From an uncultured Acidimicrobiaceae bacterium (lineage in GTDB: Bacteria; Actinomycetota; Acidimicrobiia; Acidimicrobiales; Bog-793): a stretch of 64,000 bases of DNA. The stretch spans positions 430,663 to 494,662 of the forward strand of contig CAWISR010000002.1 of assembly GCA_963838845.1 (NCBI GenBank). Reading direction: 5' to 3'. The notes under the pieces are model-generated. The model worked only from the letters and a program-made list of their open reading frames with translations, ran no database searches and was not told the origin of the DNA. Of the stretch, positions 49,626 through 61,404 are shown piece after piece. A program made the translations under genes and the position numbers. Position 1 is the stretch's first letter, and every line of letters begins with the position of its first letter.

Positions 49626-51194
49626 CTACGCGAAGGTGTTCGTGAACGGCACCTCCGTCCTTCCCAAAAGCCGCTCATACAGGCGCACGGTCTCGGGGTG
49701 GACGCCGCGGAGCGGATCCCCGTCGATCTCGAGCACGAGCGCGAGGTGACGGAGAGTTTGCTCGACGCCGGCGCGATCGCCGTTCGCGTCCGCCGCCCGC
49801 ATCAGCAGCCGGTACAGGCGCTCGTCCCACGGGGTTGCTCGCAGTCCTCGATGCGCCGCCCACGTCGCGCCGTCGGGGTCGCCGCATCGGAGTGCGTGGC
49901 CTCCGTAGCGGAGTGCGAGCGACGAAATCGCGTGCTCGATCTCGGCAGAGAAACCTTCGAGGAGCGCCCACTGCCCCTGCTGGAGGTCGCCAAACGGGCG
50001 GCCTCGCACGAGCTCGAGCGCCCCGCGCCACGACGCGACGTCGTCTTTGTCCGCGAGCGATGAGAACTCGTCCCAGTCGGTCGTCACATCGAAGACGAGG
50101 TGGCGTTCATCGACTTTGCGCAGCCGCGGACGCCCGTCTGCGGCGTTGCCGAGCGCGCGGCGCGCCTCGGAGAGGCGGTTCGCGATCGTCTGTTGCGGCA
50201 TCCGGCGCTCTGGCCAGATCGCTGTTTCCCATGCCGAGGTGGTCGCCCCCTCTTGGTGCATCGCGAGGTAGACGACGAGCTCGGTGAGGAGGGGATGTCC
50301 CCCGAGTGGCTCTTCGGTCCTGCGAATCTCGACGGGTCCCAAGATCGCGACTTCGACCGGTGCCGGTGAATGCTTCGACGTCGACACGTTGTCCGCGTGC
50401 GTGGCGTTGGCTTCGACGGCGCGTGCCGCCTTCGGCGTGACAGCGCGCAGCAGAACAGCGGAGCGTCCAAGTTCGCCTGCGACGAGGACGACGCGGGCAT
50501 CAGGGTGCGCCCCGGTCGTCACGATGCCCGCTGATCCATGGCGTCGCGTCGCGATGATGAGACGTTCGAACGCGTCGTTCGTCGTCAGCTCGCCGGCGAC
50601 GAAGATGACGAGTGGGCGAGCGGAGCGACTGACGAGAGAACATGCCTCGGCGATCGAATCGACGCGTACGAACCGCTCGTTGCGGACGGTGCCGACAACC
50701 ACCACGTCGACCTCGCGATCACGTCGGCGGGCGAAGCTGCCCAAGAGCGCGAAGGCCAACTCGACGGCGCGCTCGCCGGGCCCGACGATCGAGGTCACGA
50801 CCGCGGCGAACACATCGATCACCGTCGCGGTCGTGTTTTGGGAGGGAACACCGACGAGTCCGAGACGGGCGTCGTGACGGGGAACCTCGTCCCACTTCTC
50901 CGATAAGGGCGTCGTCGCGATCAACCGCGGCGTTGCGATTCCCGACGAGGTTGCGATGAACGGCACCTCCGCCGCGCACGTCACGTCGTCGCTGTCGACG
51001 GTGTAGAGGACGGGCCGTTCGCTCGATTCCAGCATCACGATCGTCGCGGCCGCGTACGCGACTTCGTCTTCGATCGGCGGCACGGTCTTGTCGGGGATGA
51101 GTTCAATCCCCGGGGGAGCCGGGCGCGTTGCGAAGTCGTCGGGAATCGGCGGGAGGCGATCCTCCACTCGATCGAATACGTCCACTCCGTCCAC
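49626..51194 (-). CDS. BTAD (SARP-like) domain transcriptional regulator
   Basis: VAILGPVEI, ELVVYLA, ALELVRGRPF, PWDERLYRLLM, HPETVRLY. Confidence 0.75.
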   Translation of the reverse strand: MDGVDVFDRVEDRLPPIPDDFATRPAPPGIELIPDKTVPPIEDEVAYAAATIVMLESSERPVLYTVDSDDVTCAAEVPFIATSSGIATPRLIATTPLSEKWDEVPRHDARLGLVGVPSQNTTATVIDVFAAVVTSIVGPGERAVELAFALLGSFARRRDREVDVVVVGTVRNERFVRVDSIAEACSLVSRSARPLVIFVAGELTTNDAFERLIIATRRHGSAGIVTTGAHPDARVVLVAGELGRSAVLLRAVTPKAARAVEANATHADNVSTSKHSPAPVEVAILGPVEIRRTEEPLGGHPLLTELVVYLAMHQEGATTSAWETAIWPERRMPQQTIANRLSEARRALGNAADGRPRLRKVDERHLVFDVTTDWDEFSSLADKDDVASWRGALELVRGRPFGDLQQGQWALLEGFSAEIEHAISSLALRYGGHALRCGDPDGATWAAHRGLRATPWDERLYRLLMRAADANGDRAGVEQTLRHLALVLEIDGDPLRGVHPETVRLYERLLGRTEVPFTNTFA

Positions 51195-51400
51195 CGGAGT
51201 TCCCCCTTTCGCCTCCGGGTCCTCGGAACGACCCGAGCCCGCCGACCCAGCCGGAATGTCCGAGCAAGACAGATATCTAGTCCAGGTGTTCCCGTTCTCG
51301 CTACTGTCCGTAGTTGCCTCGCCGCAGAGGGTGAGAGTCGGCCTTTTCTGCGGAACAGCCAAGGCGACCTCGCCGCGGCGCAGTGAGCCGCGAGATGGCC

Positions 51401-51431
51401 TTGACCTTCCCCGTGGGTCAGGCGCCAGGAT
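51401..51431 (+). promoter_or_regulatory. MerR-type promoter
   Basis: TTGACC, 19-bp spacer with TGACC...GGTCA dyad, CAGGAT; GTG start 6 nt later. Confidence 0.75.
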
Positions 51432-51437
51432 CGGGCC

Positions 51438-52277
51438 GTGGCGAATGACGACCAGGCGGGGCTGCTGTCGATCGGGGAGTTCGCTCGCCGTTCGCGCCTC
51501 ACCCCGAAGGCGCTTCGGATCTACGACCGCATCGGGCTGCTCCGACCGGCGAGCACCGATCCGATCAGCGGCTACCGCCGCTACCGCATCGACCAGGTCC
51601 GCGCGGGACAGCTGATCGGGCTGTTACGCGGAGCCGGCCTCGGCCTCGCCGAGGTTGAGCTGGTGGTCGAGGACGCGGCGGTGGACGCGCAGGCTGCGGT
51701 GCGCCGCCTCGAGTCTCTCCTCTCCGACCTCGACCGTCGCCACGCCGATCGCAGGTTGCTGATCCGCCACATCCAAATGTCGTTGAGAGAAGGAGTCGAC
51801 CCAATGTTCCCGGTCCAAACTCGACATGTCCCCGCCCGCCGAGTCATGTCGATGCAACGGCGCGTGTTCGCGCAGGAGACCGACGGCTTCGTTCGCGAAG
51901 CAAAGGCCGCGTTCCGTCGGCACCTCGACGGCATCGCGCCGAGCTGGCCGTTCCAGCTGATCTTCCACAGCGAGATCAGCCCCGAAAGCGATGGCCTGCT
52001 CGAAGCCGTCGTCGGCTGCCCAGAAAGCATGGTGCCAAGCGACGCCGTCGGAATCCGCACGGAGCCGGAGCACGACGAGGCGTACACGACGATCACCAAG
52101 GCCCAATGGGCGTACCCGGCGATCCTCGCCGCCTATGACGCCGTCGCCTGCTCGCCCGAAGTGAAGAACCGCTCGAACAGCCGGCTCTCCTGCCGGGAGG
52201 TGTACTGGGTGGAGCCGGATGATCTCGGCGAGGACGACCCAGTCTGTGACATCGCCTTTCCGCTCGCCGATCGTTGA
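51438..52277 (+). CDS. MerR family regulator with effector-binding domain
   Basis: LSIGEFARRSRLTPKALRIYDRIGLL..P...SGYRRY. Confidence 0.9.
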   Translation: MANDDQAGLLSIGEFARRSRLTPKALRIYDRIGLLRPASTDPISGYRRYRIDQVRAGQLIGLLRGAGLGLAEVELVVEDAAVDAQAAVRRLESLLSDLDRRHADRRLLIRHIQMSLREGVDPMFPVQTRHVPARRVMSMQRRVFAQETDGFVREAKAAFRRHLDGIAPSWPFQLIFHSEISPESDGLLEAVVGCPESMVPSDAVGIRTEPEHDEAYTTITKAQWAYPAILAAYDAVACSPEVKNRSNSRLSCREVYWVEPDDLGEDDPVCDIAFPLADR

Positions 52278-52428
52278 GCGGCTCCGGCGAAGGAACTCGA
52301 TCGACGGAGTCGAAGTGACCGCGACCCGGGCGCGATCAGGCTCGTCGCGCCCGCGAAACGCCGTCGGAATCTGAGGACTTCGAAGGTATACTCCACCAGC
52401 GGTTTGTCGAACGGAGGGCAGGTTGTGA

Positions 52429-52461
52429 ACGTGGGCTTTCCGCCCACGTTCTTCTTTTCTT
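52429..52461 (+). promoter_or_regulatory. rimP leader hairpin with T-rich tail
   Basis: ACGTGGGC-TTTCC-GCCCACGT followed by TCTTCTTTTCTT upstream of rimP. Confidence 0.6.
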
Positions 52462-52538
52462 GCCCGCGGACGACTCGAGTGCCAGCAAGAGCGGGGGAGC
52501 GGGAGTTGACGGAAGTGAGCAACGGCGTCGGGTCCGAG

Positions 52539-53057
52539 ATGACGTCGGGGGTTCCCGACGCGCTCGAGCGCGCCCTCACGCCGGTCGTCGGCGCCTTCGG
52601 ACTCGAGGTCATCGACATCGAGCGCTCCGGCGGCACGTTGCGTGTCGTCGTCGACTGCGCCGAGCCGATCGACCTCGACCGACTCTCCCAGGTCTCGGCG
52701 GCCGTCTCTGGCTTGCTCGACGATGAACCGGGGCTCGCCCCGAGTCACCGCTACGAACTCGAGGTCTCGAGCCCTGGTCTCGAGCGTCGGCTGCGGCGCG
52801 CCGCGCACTTTGTGCGCGCGGTCGGACAGCAGGTGGCGGTGCGCACCGTCGCCACCGCGGCGGGGGACCGCCGCGCCGAAGGCGCGCTCGTGAGCGCCGA
52901 CGAGGAGGGATTTTCGCTTGTGCTCGCAGACGGCGCGACGCGGCGATTCGCCTATGCGGACGTGGATCGGGCGCACACGGTCTTTGACTGGAAGGCAGCG
53001 CTGAAGAGCGCAAAGCGCGGCGCCGGCCAGGAACAGGACGCGGGAGCGGCGCGATGA
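52539..53057 (+). CDS. rimP: Ribosome maturation factor RimP
   Basis: YELEVSSPGLERRL; precedes nusA. Confidence 0.9.
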   Translation: MTSGVPDALERALTPVVGAFGLEVIDIERSGGTLRVVVDCAEPIDLDRLSQVSAAVSGLLDDEPGLAPSHRYELEVSSPGLERRLRRAAHFVRAVGQQVAVRTVATAAGDRRAEGALVSADEEGFSLVLADGATRRFAYADVDRAHTVFDWKAALKSAKRGAGQEQDAGAAR

Positions 53058-54286
53058 GCACGACGAACTTCGAATTCCTCGACGCGCTGCAGCAGATCGC
53101 GCGCGACAAGGGCATCTCGGTTGACACCTTGCTGGAGGCGCTCGCGAACGCGCTCGTCGCGGCCTACAAAAGGCTGCCCGATTCGGCCGAGGAAGCCTTC
53201 GTGACGATCGACTCGGACTCCGGGGAGATCCGCGTCTACGGACAAGAGCTCGATGAGGACGGCAATGTCGTCCGCGAGTGGGACGACACGCCGGACGACT
53301 TCGGGCGCATCGCCGCGCAAGCGGCGAAGCAGGTCATCCTGCAGCGCATCCGAGAGGCCGAGCGCGACTTGAAGTACGAGGAGTACGCGGGTCGCGAGGG
53401 CGACATCGTCACCGGGATCATCCAGCAGTCCGACAACCGCTACACGCTGCTGGACCTCGGCAAGGTCGAGGCGTTGCTGCCGCAGGCCGAGCAAGTCCCC
53501 TACGAGCGCTACGACCACGGCGCGCGCCTGAAGGCGTACATCGTCGAGGTGCGCAAGACCGCCAAGGGGCCCCAGATCGTCGTCTCTCGTAGCCACCCCG
53601 GACTCATCAAGCGTCTGTTCGAGCTCGAGGTGCCAGAGATCTCGAACGGCGTCGTCGAGATCAAGGCGTGCGCCCGCGAGCCCGGACACCGAACGAAGAT
53701 CGCCGTCTGGTCGAACGACCCGAACGTCGACCCGGTCGGCGCCTGCGTCGGCGCGCGCGGCGCGCGCGTCCGCATGGTGACGAACGAGCTGCGTGGTGAA
53801 AAGGTCGACATCGTCCCCTATTCAGACGATCCCGCCGAATTCGTCGCCCGCGCGCTCCAGCCGGCGCGGGTGAAAGAGGTGCGACTCGACGAGACGACCG
53901 GGACGGCCACGGTGATCGTTCACGACTTCCAGTTGTCGCTCGCTATCGGCAAGGAGGGCCAGAACGCCCGCCTCGCGGCGCGGCTCACGGGCTGGCGGAT
54001 CGATATCAAGAGCGAGACCCAGCTGGCCGAGGAGGAGTCCGGCGTCCCCGGCGTCGATTGGGCCGAGGGCGAGTGGATCGAGAACGAGTCGGGCGAGATG
54101 GTATTCCAGCCAGCCGGCGGCGGCGCCCCCGTCTCGGTCGCCGAGTGGGAACAAGGCGGCGCCGCTCAGGGAGACGGTTCGGCGGAGTCAGCAGCCGAGC
54201 CGGAGACGGCCGTGCCCGCGCCCGGCGACGAGGCACCGGCCGAGCCGGCGCAGGAGAGCGCCCAGGCGGAAGGGGAAGCCGGGTAG
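53054..54286 (+). CDS. nusA: Transcription factor NusA
   Basis: [37 protein letters not shown]. Confidence 0.97.
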   Translation: MSTTNFEFLDALQQIARDKGISVDTLLEALANALVAAYKRLPDSAEEAFVTIDSDSGEIRVYGQELDEDGNVVREWDDTPDDFGRIAAQAAKQVILQRIREAERDLKYEEYAGREGDIVTGIIQQSDNRYTLLDLGKVEALLPQAEQVPYERYDHGARLKAYIVEVRKTAKGPQIVVSRSHPGLIKRLFELEVPEISNGVVEIKACAREPGHRTKIAVWSNDPNVDPVGACVGARGARVRMVTNELRGEKVDIVPYSDDPAEFVARALQPARVKEVRLDETTGTATVIVHDFQLSLAIGKEGQNARLAARLTGWRIDIKSETQLAEEESGVPGVDWAEGEWIENESGEMVFQPAGGGAPVSVAEWEQGGAAQGDGSAESAAEPETAVPAPGDEAPAEPAQESAQAEGEAG

Positions 54287-54430
54287 CACCACGCTGCGCG
54301 CGGTCGCTCCACGCGTCTGCCTCGCTCACCTCAAACGACCTGGTCCGAGGTGTGGGAGGATGGAGTAGCTGCACGCTTCGTCCGGTTCGTGCCGTCCGGA
54401 GCGTGAGGAGACCTGAGGAGTCATTCGAAG

Positions 54431-57073
54431 TTGGCGAGGAATATCCGCGTCTATGAGCTCGCTCGAGAGCTCGGATTGACGAACAAAGAGGCGCTCGACC
54501 TCGCGTTGTCGCTCGGCATCGGGGTGAAAAGCCACTCGTCGTCGATCGAAGACGCCCAGGCCGATCGCGTCCGCCGCAAGGCAGAGCGTGAAGGCCTCAT
54601 CCGGGCGACCGCGCCCGAGACACCGACGCCGGCACCCGAGCCGGAGCGTCCTGCCCCGCCAAGGCGCGTCGCCGAACCGGAACCCGCCCCGGAGATCCAC
54701 CGGGTCGTGCGCAGCCGACCCGCCTCGGAGCTCGGCGAGACGGCTGCCCAGATGGCACAGCGCCCGGCGCCGGTCCGGCCCCAGCCCCCGGCGCCGCCTC
54801 GGCCGGCTCCCGCCCGACCCGCCGGTGCGCCCCCGTCCGGACCGCCGCGTCCGCCGCTCACGAGCCCGAGCGGAAGGCCGATCCCGCCGCCGCCAGGACC
54901 GCGCGGCCCGAGCGGACGGCCGATCCCGCCGCCGCCCGGAATGGGCCGACCGTCCGGTTCGCCGGGGCGGCCGGCGCCTTCTGGTGCGCCACGGGGCGGG
55001 GGATTCGGTCAGCGCTCCGCGCCGGGGGGAACCCCACGCTCAGGCGGCTTCGGCGGCGGAGGCGGACGACCGGGCGGAGGCTTCGGCGGCGGCGGCGGAC
55101 GACCGGGCGGAGGCTTCGGCGGCGGGCGTCCGGGTGGCCCGGGTGGCCCCGGAGGCGCGCCCGGCGGTCGCGGCGGCCCGGGTGGGCGCGGCCGCGCCCC
55201 GCATCGTCGTCAGCGCCGCCGGCGCAACATCGAAGAGCTCGAGCCGATCCAGGTCGCCCAGTACGTCCCGTCGAACGCGCCCGTGCCGGATCACGAGGTG
55301 ATCGTCGAGCGCGGCAGCACGCCCCAGGATCTCGGCCCGAAGCTCAACCGTTCCGCAGGCGATGTGATCCGCTTTCTGTTCCTGCAAGGCGAGGTCGTCA
55401 CCGCGACGCAATCGCTTACCGACGACATGATCGAGCTGTTTGCTGCCGAGATCGGTGCGCAGGTGACCCTCGTCGACGCGGGCGAGGAGCAAGAAGCGGA
55501 GTTGCAGGCGCGTTTTTTCGCCGACGACTCCGAGGTCGACCCGTCGCTCCTGCGGCCGCGTCCGCCGATCGTGACGGTGATGGGACACGTCGACCACGGA
55601 AAGACGCTGCTGCTCGACAAGATCCGATCCGCGCACGTCGTCGAGTCCGAAGCGGGTGGCATCACCCAGCACATCGGCGCGTACCAGGTCGAACGGAACG
55701 GCCAGCACATCACCTTCATCGACACGCCCGGCCACGAGGCGTTCACGGCGATGCGCGCCCGCGGCGCGCAGGTCACCGACCTCGTCGTCTTGGTCGTCGC
55801 CGCAGATGACGGCGTCATGCCCCAGACGATCGAGGCGATCAACCACGCGAAGGCGGCCGGGGTGCCGATCATCGTCGCCATCAACAAGATGGATAAAGAA
55901 GGTGTCGACACGAACCGCGTCCTGCAGCAGCTCTCCGAGCAGGGACTCGTGCCCGAGGCGTGGGGCGGCGACACCATCACCGTGCAGGTCTCAGCGCTGA
56001 CGGGGATGGGGGTCGACGACCTGCTCGACCAGATCTCGGTCCTTGCCGAGGTACTCGAGTTGCGAGCGAGCCCCGAGGGGCCGGCGCGCGGCGTCGTTTT
56101 GGAGGCGAACCTCGACGTCGGTCGCGGGCCTGTGGCGACGTTGATCGTCCAGTCCGGCACGCTGCGCGTCGCGGACACGATCGTCGCCGGCGCGGCATGG
56201 GGCAAGGCGCGAGCGCTGCTCGACGACCGCGGCGATCAAGTGAAAGAGGCGCTGCCATCGATGCCGGTGCAGGTGCTCGGTCTTTCCGAGCCACCGAACG
56301 CGGGCGACGAGCTGCGCGCCACGCTGGATCTCTCCGTCGCGCGCGCGATCGGCGAGGCGCGCGCCCAACGGCAACGTTCGGCGGGGTACGCGCCGACGCC
56401 GAGCGCGGCGCAATCGGGGGCGAGGCTCGAGGACATCTTCGAACAGATCCAGCGCGGCGAAGCGGCGACGCTGAACGTCGTGCTGAAGGCCGACGTGCAG
56501 GGTTCGCTCGAAGCCGTCACCGAGAGCCTGCGTCGACTCGAGCGCGACGACGTGAAGATCGCGTTCGTGCACCGCGCTGTCGGTGCGATCACCGAGTACG
56601 ACGTCCAGTTGGCCGTGGCGTCGAAGGCGACGATCATCGGCTTCAACGTCCGACCGGACCGACGCGCCCGCGAGCTCGCCGAGGCGCACGACGTCGAGAT
56701 CCGGACCTACGAGATCATCTACAAGCTCGTCGAGGACATCGAAGCGGCGATGGTTGGCATGTTGGCACCGATCTTCGAAGAGGTCGTGACCGGCGAGGCA
56801 GAAGTGCGCGAGATCTTCCGCGTGCCGCGCGTCGGAGCGATCGCCGGCTGTTACGTCCAGTCGGGCGTCATCACCCGCGGCTCGAAGGTTCGGTTCCTGC
56901 GCGACGGGGTCGTCATCTGGAAGGGCGCGATCAGCTCGTTGCGCCGCTTCAAAGACGACGTGCGCGAGGTCCAGTCCGGCTTCGAATGTGGCATCGGACT
57001 GACCGATTTCCAGGATCTCCACTCAGGCGACATCATCGAGACCTACGAAGAGCGGGAGATCCCCCGGAGCTGA
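54431..57073 (+). CDS. infB: Translation initiation factor IF-2
   Basis: [31 protein letters not shown]. Confidence 0.98.
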   Translation: MARNIRVYELARELGLTNKEALDLALSLGIGVKSHSSSIEDAQADRVRRKAEREGLIRATAPETPTPAPEPERPAPPRRVAEPEPAPEIHRVVRSRPASELGETAAQMAQRPAPVRPQPPAPPRPAPARPAGAPPSGPPRPPLTSPSGRPIPPPPGPRGPSGRPIPPPPGMGRPSGSPGRPAPSGAPRGGGFGQRSAPGGTPRSGGFGGGGGRPGGGFGGGGGRPGGGFGGGRPGGPGGPGGAPGGRGGPGGRGRAPHRRQRRRRNIEELEPIQVAQYVPSNAPVPDHEVIVERGSTPQDLGPKLNRSAGDVIRFLFLQGEVVTATQSLTDDMIELFAAEIGAQVTLVDAGEEQEAELQARFFADDSEVDPSLLRPRPPIVTVMGHVDHGKTLLLDKIRSAHVVESEAGGITQHIGAYQVERNGQHITFIDTPGHEAFTAMRARGAQVTDLVVLVVAADDGVMPQTIEAINHAKAAGVPIIVAINKMDKEGVDTNRVLQQLSEQGLVPEAWGGDTITVQVSALTGMGVDDLLDQISVLAEVLELRASPEGPARGVVLEANLDVGRGPVATLIVQSGTLRVADTIVAGAAWGKARALLDDRGDQVKEALPSMPVQVLGLSEPPNAGDELRATLDLSVARAIGEARAQRQRSAGYAPTPSAAQSGARLEDIFEQIQRGEAATLNVVLKADVQGSLEAVTESLRRLERDDVKIAFVHRAVGAITEYDVQLAVASKATIIGFNVRPDRRARELAEAHDVEIRTYEIIYKLVEDIEAAMVGMLAPIFEEVVTGEAEVREIFRVPRVGAIAGCYVQSGVITRGSKVRFLRDGVVIWKGAISSLRRFKDDVREVQSGFECGIGLTDFQDLHSGDIIETYEEREIPRS

Positions 57074-57112
57074 CCGGGGGCCCCGGCTGACCGCGAAACG
57101 CTGGAGGCCGAC

Positions 57113-57511
57113 ATGAGCCGACGAGCGACGCACCATCACCGCCACGCCCCCGAGCGTCCCTACCCGCGGCTCGCGCGGGTGAACCGCCTCGTCCACCAGG
57201 TGCTCGCCGACGAGATCGAGCGGCTCGCCGATTCCGATGATCGGCTCGCCCTGTTGACCGTGACGGGCGTGATCTGCGAGGAGGACCTCCGCCACGCGGT
57301 CGTCTTTTTCGCCTCGCTACCCGAGGGCGCCGCCGACGCGCTCGAGGAGCACCGGCGCCACCTGCAGCGCTGCCTCGGTTCGGAGATCCGCATGAAACGA
57401 ACGCCGGCACTGCGTTTCGAAGCGGACCCGGCTGTCGCGACGGGGAATCGCATCGAGGACGCACTGCGCCGCGTTCGGCCGACGACGATGTTTGACGAGG
57501 ACGCGCCCTGA
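57113..57511 (+). CDS. rbfA: Ribosome-binding factor A
   Basis: RLARVN...LTVTGV...DLRHA...MKRTPALRF. Confidence 0.92.
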   Translation: MSRRATHHHRHAPERPYPRLARVNRLVHQVLADEIERLADSDDRLALLTVTGVICEEDLRHAVVFFASLPEGAADALEEHRRHLQRCLGSEIRMKRTPALRFEADPAVATGNRIEDALRRVRPTTMFDEDAP

Positions 57512-58395
57512 CCGAGCACGTCCCCCTCGACGGCGTCGTCGTCGTCGACAAACCCTCGGGATGGACGTCGCACGACGTCGTCGCGAGATCGCGCCAGCTC
57601 CTTGGTGAGCGTCGGATCGGCCACGCCGGCACGCTCGATCCCGCGGCAACCGGCGTGCTTGTCTTGGGCGTCGGTCGCGCTACGAGGCTCTTGCGGTTCG
57701 CGTCCGAGTTGGAGAAGCGCTACGTCGGCGAGGTCGTGCTCGGCGTCGCGACGTCGACACTCGACGACGAAGGCGAAGTCGTCGCGGAGTTCGACATGGA
57801 CGGGGTGACCCTCGACGACGTGCGCGCCGCCGCCACGGCGTTCACCGGATCGATCGAGCAGATTCCACCGATGGTCTCGGCCTTGAAGGTCGGCGGCCGC
57901 CGGCTGCACGCGCTCGCCCGCCAGGGAATCGAGGTCGAACGAGCGCCGCGCACGGTCGAAGTGCTCCGCTACGACGTGGAGGAGACGGCCGATCCTCTCG
58001 TGTTTCGAGTCGATGTCGTCTGTTCATCGGGGACGTACGTGCGCGCACTCGCCGCCGATCTCGGTACGTCGTTGGGCGGTGGTGCGCACCTGCGCGCGCT
58101 GCGTCGGTTGTCGGTCGGACATCTTGACCTCGCCGGTGCCGTGGCGCCGGAGGACGTCACCGCCGCCGCGCTGCGTCCGCCGAACGAGCTCGTCGCTCAC
58201 CTCGCAAAGGGCGTCGTCGACGCGGACGTCGCTGCGATGGTGCGCCACGGCCGCGTGCTCGAGCGCCGTCGGATCGGTACCGTCGGCGATGGCCCGTCCG
58301 CGATCTACGACGAGAACGACGCCTTGTTGGGGGTCTACGCGCCGGTGAGCGCCGAGCGCTCGAAGCCCCTCGTCGTCTTCGCCGCGAACCAATGA
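57508..58395 (+). CDS. truB: tRNA pseudouridine(55) synthase TruB (apparent CTG start)
   Basis: GVVVVDKPSGWTSHDVV and GHAGTLDP upstream of the listed ORF; PPMVSA, CSSGTYVR. Confidence 0.93.
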   Translation: MTEHVPLDGVVVVDKPSGWTSHDVVARSRQLLGERRIGHAGTLDPAATGVLVLGVGRATRLLRFASELEKRYVGEVVLGVATSTLDDEGEVVAEFDMDGVTLDDVRAAATAFTGSIEQIPPMVSALKVGGRRLHALARQGIEVERAPRTVEVLRYDVEETADPLVFRVDVVCSSGTYVRALAADLGTSLGGGAHLRALRRLSVGHLDLAGAVAPEDVTAAALRPPNELVAHLAKGVVDADVAAMVRHGRVLERRRIGTVGDGPSAIYDENDALLGVYAPVSAERSKPLVVFAANQ

Positions 58396-58428
58396 CGCCA
58401 TCGCGTCCACCATTAGCGTGACGACACG

Positions 58429-59265
58429 ATGACACCGTCGGTGGACGTGCCGGGAGAGCGAGCGCGGACTGCCGCGACGATCGGGACCTTCGACGGCGTG
58501 CACGTCGGCCATCAGCTGCTCGTCTCGACGACGCGTCGCCTCGCCGACGAGCAAGGGCTGCGCGACGTCGTCGTGACCTTCGATCGCCATCCGTTCGCGA
58601 CGATCCGGCCCGAAGCGACGCCGAAGCTGCTTACGACGCAGGAACAGAAGATCGAGCTCTTGCGCTCGCTCGGCGCCGACGACGTCGTCGTCTTGGAGTT
58701 CGACGCCGCCCGGTCCCACCAGGAACCGGAGAGCTTCATCGAGGACTTCCTCGTCGGTGAGTTGGGGGTCGCCGTCGTCGTCGTCGGTGCGGCTTTCCGA
58801 TTCGGCCATCGGGCGCGGGGCGACGCGGCGATGCTCCAGCAGATGGGGGAGAAGCTCGGGTTCTCGGTCGTGACCTTGGACCTCGTCGGGGACGAGACCG
58901 GTGGAATCGTCTCTTCGACGCACATCCGCGAGCTGATCGGCGAGGGGCGGCTCTCCGACGCCGCGCAGCTCCTCGGCCGGCCGTACGAGGTTCGCGGCGT
59001 GCTCTTGGGCGGCGACCGACTGCGGGTGGTCGTGGCCCGCGAGCTCTTGGTCCCGCCGGCCGGCACCTACGGCGCGGAACTCGTCACCGCCGATGGAACC
59101 GTGGACGTGGCTGTCGTTGTCGCGGCGCCTGCGTCAGACGAGGACGCGATCGTCACCGTCACCGTGGCGTCGGGAGCGATTCCGCCGGTCGGCCCGGCGG
59201 CGCTGCGCTTTCTGGCGGCCACCGCTCACTCTCTTATTTCGCGCGAATCCCGACCGGTAGCCTCG
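58429..59265 (+). CDS. ribF: RibF-like FAD synthetase with degenerate riboflavin-kinase module (3' end uncertain)
   Basis: TIGTFDGVHVGH, TFDRHP, FRFG, VSSTHIR, LLGRPY; PTAN motif absent. Confidence 0.8.
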
Positions 59266-59269
59266 TCTC

Positions 59270-59779
59270 GTGGCCCTCATCCCGATCCGTCTCTTCGGCG
59301 ACCCCGTCTTGCGCCATCCGACGGTCGACGTCACCGAGATCGACGACGCGTTGCGCCAGCTGACCGCCGACATGTTCGAGACGATGTACGACGCACCGGG
59401 TGTGGGACTCGCCGCCAACCAGGTCGGCGTTCAGCGCCGTTTCTTCGTCTACGACGTCGGCGAGGGGCCGGGTGTCGTCATCAACCCGCAGATCGTCGAG
59501 ACCTCGGGCGAATGGACGTACCTCGAGGGGTGCCTCTCGGTCCCGGATCAGCACTTTGACATCGTCCGGCCGCACAAGGTGCGCCTCGTTGGGATCGACC
59601 TCGACGGCAACGCTCTCGAGATCGAGGCGGAAGACCTTCTCGCGCGGTGTTTCCTCCACGAGGTCGACCACCTGGACGGCAAGCTGCTGCTCGAACGGCT
59701 GAACGACGCGCAGCACAAAGAAGCGATGCGCGTGCTGCGCACCCGGGACTTGTCGACCGCGCAGGTCGCCGATTCCTGA
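59270..59779 (+). CDS. def: Peptide deformylase
   Basis: GVGLAANQ, EGCLS, HEVDH. Confidence 0.95.
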   Translation: MALIPIRLFGDPVLRHPTVDVTEIDDALRQLTADMFETMYDAPGVGLAANQVGVQRRFFVYDVGEGPGVVINPQIVETSGEWTYLEGCLSVPDQHFDIVRPHKVRLVGIDLDGNALEIEAEDLLARCFLHEVDHLDGKLLLERLNDAQHKEAMRVLRTRDLSTAQVADS

Positions 59780-60707
59780 TCCGACGGCACGGCGACTAGC
59801 GTTCGCCGGCACGCCCGAGGTCGCGGCGAGAACGCTCGAGGCGCTCGTCGACGCCGGACACGACATCCGCTGTTGCGTGACGCGGTCCGATCGGCGTCGC
59901 GGGCGTGGCGCGGCGCCCTCTCCTTCACCGGTGAAGGCGGTCGCGCTCGCCCGCAACCTGCCCGTGACGACCGACATCGGGGCCGTCGCCACCTCGGGCG
60001 CCGAACTCGGCGTCGTCGTCGCCTACGGACGGCTGATCCCCGCCGCGGTTTTCTCGGTGGTGCCGTTCATCAACATCCACTTCTCGTTGCTGCCGCGCTG
60101 GCGCGGCGCGGCACCGGTCGAACGGGCGATCCTCGCCGGCGACGCGACGACGGGCGTGTCTCTGATGGCGATCGAAGCGGGCCTCGACACCGGTCCGCTC
60201 TACGCGCGTCGGGAGGTGCGCATCGGTGAGGAAGAGACGGCCGACGAGCTCGAGCGACGCATCGGCGAGATCGGCACCGCGATGCTGCTCGAGCTGCTCG
60301 AGCGGCCGCATCTCCCCGAGCCGGTCGCTCAGTCGGGCGAGGCGACGTTCGCGAACAAGGTCACGAAGGAAGAGCTCCACCTCGATTTCTCCCGGTCGGC
60401 CGACGAGCTCGCCCGTGTCGTGCGCCTGGGAGGCGCCTGGACGACGTTTCGAAGGCGACGGCTGATCGTCCGGAAAGCGCACGCGCGTCCCGAGGCGCGT
60501 GTCGCCGAGCGGCCCGGTGTGGTCGTCGGTGACCTCGTGCAGTGCGGAAAGGGTGCACTCGAGCTCGTCGCCGTGCAGTCCGAAGGACGCGCGACACTCG
60601 ACTTTCGTGCGTGGGCCGCGGGCGTGCGGCTCGTCGCCGATGAGGTGCTCGGGGGGGCTGCGGACCGTCGTCCGGTGGCGGGCGAACGAATCGAGGGGGG
60701 CGGGTGA
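59776..60707 (+). CDS. fmt: Methionyl-tRNA formyltransferase (start unclear)
   Basis: RLAFAGTPE upstream of the listed ORF; VVAYG, NIHFSLLPRWRGAAP, GLDTG. Confidence 0.92.
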
Positions 60708-61404
60708 CAGGGACGATCCTCGGCGATGAGCGGTTCAAGGTGAACCCCTCGCTGCTCGCGTCGGACTTCGCCGAGCTCGCGGGAGCGGCGCGTGCCGTCG
60801 CCTCGGAGACCGACTGGTTGCACATCGACGTGATGGACGGCCATTTCGTCCCGAACCTCACCATCGGTCCTCCCGTCGTCGCGTCGTTGCGCGCCCACTC
60901 CCGCGCGTACTTCGACTGCCACTTGATGATCACGAATCCCGGTGACTTCATCCACGCCTTCGCGAGGGCGGGAGCGAACCTCACGACGATGCACGCCGAG
61001 GTCGGTTCGATAAAAGATGTCATCGAAGAGATGCGCGCCCACGATCTCGCCGTCGGTCTCGCGCTGAACCCCGATACCAGCTTCGAGGCGGCGGAGCCGT
61101 ACCTCGAATCGATCGACCTGCTGTTGTTGATGACCGTCTACCCGGGCTTCGGGGGACAGGGATTCATCGACGCGGTCTTGCCGAAGATCGAACGGGCGTA
61201 CGCGGCGATCCGTCGTCGCGACCTCGGCGTCGTCATCGAGGTCGACGGCGGGATTGACGACCAGACGGTGGCGACGACCGCCTGCGCGGGGCGCGGGTCT
61301 TTGTTGCCGGCACGGCGGTCTACGGGGAGCCGAGCCCGTCCGACGCCGTGCGCGAACTTCGCCGAATCGTCGAGCAGGCATTGGGGTCGGCGGAGGACGC
61401 GTGA
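60704..61404 (+). CDS. rpe: Ribulose-phosphate 3-epimerase (frameshift near 61290)
   Basis: PSLLASDF, HIDVMDGHFVPN, DCHLM, EVDGGI; GARVFVAGTAVY continues in another frame. Confidence 0.92.

Noticed and set aside
55043..55130. Tandem [18 protein letters not shown] repeats
   Set aside because: Ordinary low-complexity N-terminal region of actinobacterial IF-2.
61270..61310. Frameshifts in rpe, the ABC ATPase (about 130), the repeat protein (about 2370) and the YncE-like gene (about 27570) as programmed frameshifting or phase variation
   Set aside because: Scattered single indels, including one in a housekeeping gene, with no shared slippery motif; assembly error is more likely.
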